Source: Amphiscolops sp. MND2022
Taxonomy: Eukaryota
DNA: 64,000 nt
Assembly: GCA_964187785.1 (NCBI GenBank)
Contig: OZ076411.1
Location: 35,588,001-35,652,000 of the forward strand
Reading direction: 5' to 3'
The translations under genes and the position numbers were made by a program. Below, one piece after another: positions 63,318-64,000 of the stretch. The stretch's first letter is position 1; every line of letters starts with the position of its first letter. The notes beneath the pieces are model-generated. The model was given only the letters and a program-made list of their open reading frames with translations, had not been told where the DNA came from and ran no database searches.

Positions 63318-64000
63318 ACACTGAAATTGAATTAACTCTAATTATGAAAGTCAAAAATGCGAAGTTTATTGGGCTTTTTACTGTTTGAATATTTCATTTT
63401 TATGTTCTTTCACATGTCAATTATCAGTTTTTAAATGAAAATTTCTAATGAACTTTCTCTAAAATGGTTTTATACAAATCCATTGAAATTTTGGTTGGAT
63501 GTCAAGACAAATAAAAGTAACACTATACCTATGAAATCAATGAGAACTTTAACGCTAAACTATCCTACGAAACTTTCTAGATAATTTAACCAAACTAGTG
63601 AATTGGACAAACATAATCATGGTAAATGGACCCCACACTCTTACGATGAGAGTGGAACCAGTTGAAATTAATCTATCCATACGTCAAGTAATTTTTGGAC
63701 TTCACAACGAACAAACAAAAACAAGTTTTTATTTGGAGGTACAACATCACAGAAAATATCTCGAAAATTGAAAGCCTTGTCACAGATGAGCAATGAAAAG
63801 AACATGAGACTGGAAAACTAAAATGTGTGAAAACTTCGAATCGAAAGGACGTAGGTCCACAGGTTCTGTAAGATTATTATCTTCTTGGAGATCAAAAGCA
63901 GATATAGAGTCTGTCATGCCTGACGCATGATAATACTGAACAACGATGCTCTCAACTAAACAACATCAGTAAAAGATGAAGCATGAACCGACAATACGCA

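Overview
AT-rich, repeat-dominated eukaryotic (animal-like) genomic DNA; I found no prokaryotic operon, CRISPR array or rRNA. Most of the window is decayed transposable elements. From left to right these are: (1) an old Bel/Pao LTR element at ~1.7-8.7 kb with a near-perfect 2057-bp internal tandem duplication; (2) a degraded Ty3/Gypsy element on the minus strand at ~9.5-17.4 kb; (3) a three-level nest spanning 26.2-56.6 kb, in which a long Gypsy element with a post-integrase env-like region is split by Bel/Pao element B1 (31686-48422, TSD GTTAG), which is itself split by an inverted same-family element B2 (37327-45537, TSD ATATC); (4) a Polinton/Maverick relic with protease and minor-capsid remnants at ~57-59.5 kb; (5) a CR1/L2-type LINE at ~59.6-62 kb; and (6) two Helentron/DINE-1-like non-autonomous elements. 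Host sequence appears limited to three phase-compatible exons of an unknown glycoprotein-like gene (201-1510), one isolated exon (24189-24601) and a probable disrupted paralogue at 62.05-63.3 kb. The most unusual signals are patchy near-identity with shared inactivating lesions between the inverted B1/B2 arms, LTR variants that sort by 5'/3' position rather than by element, and the env-like region. All family assignments come from motif recognition by eye; no database search was run, and percent identities are by-eye estimates.
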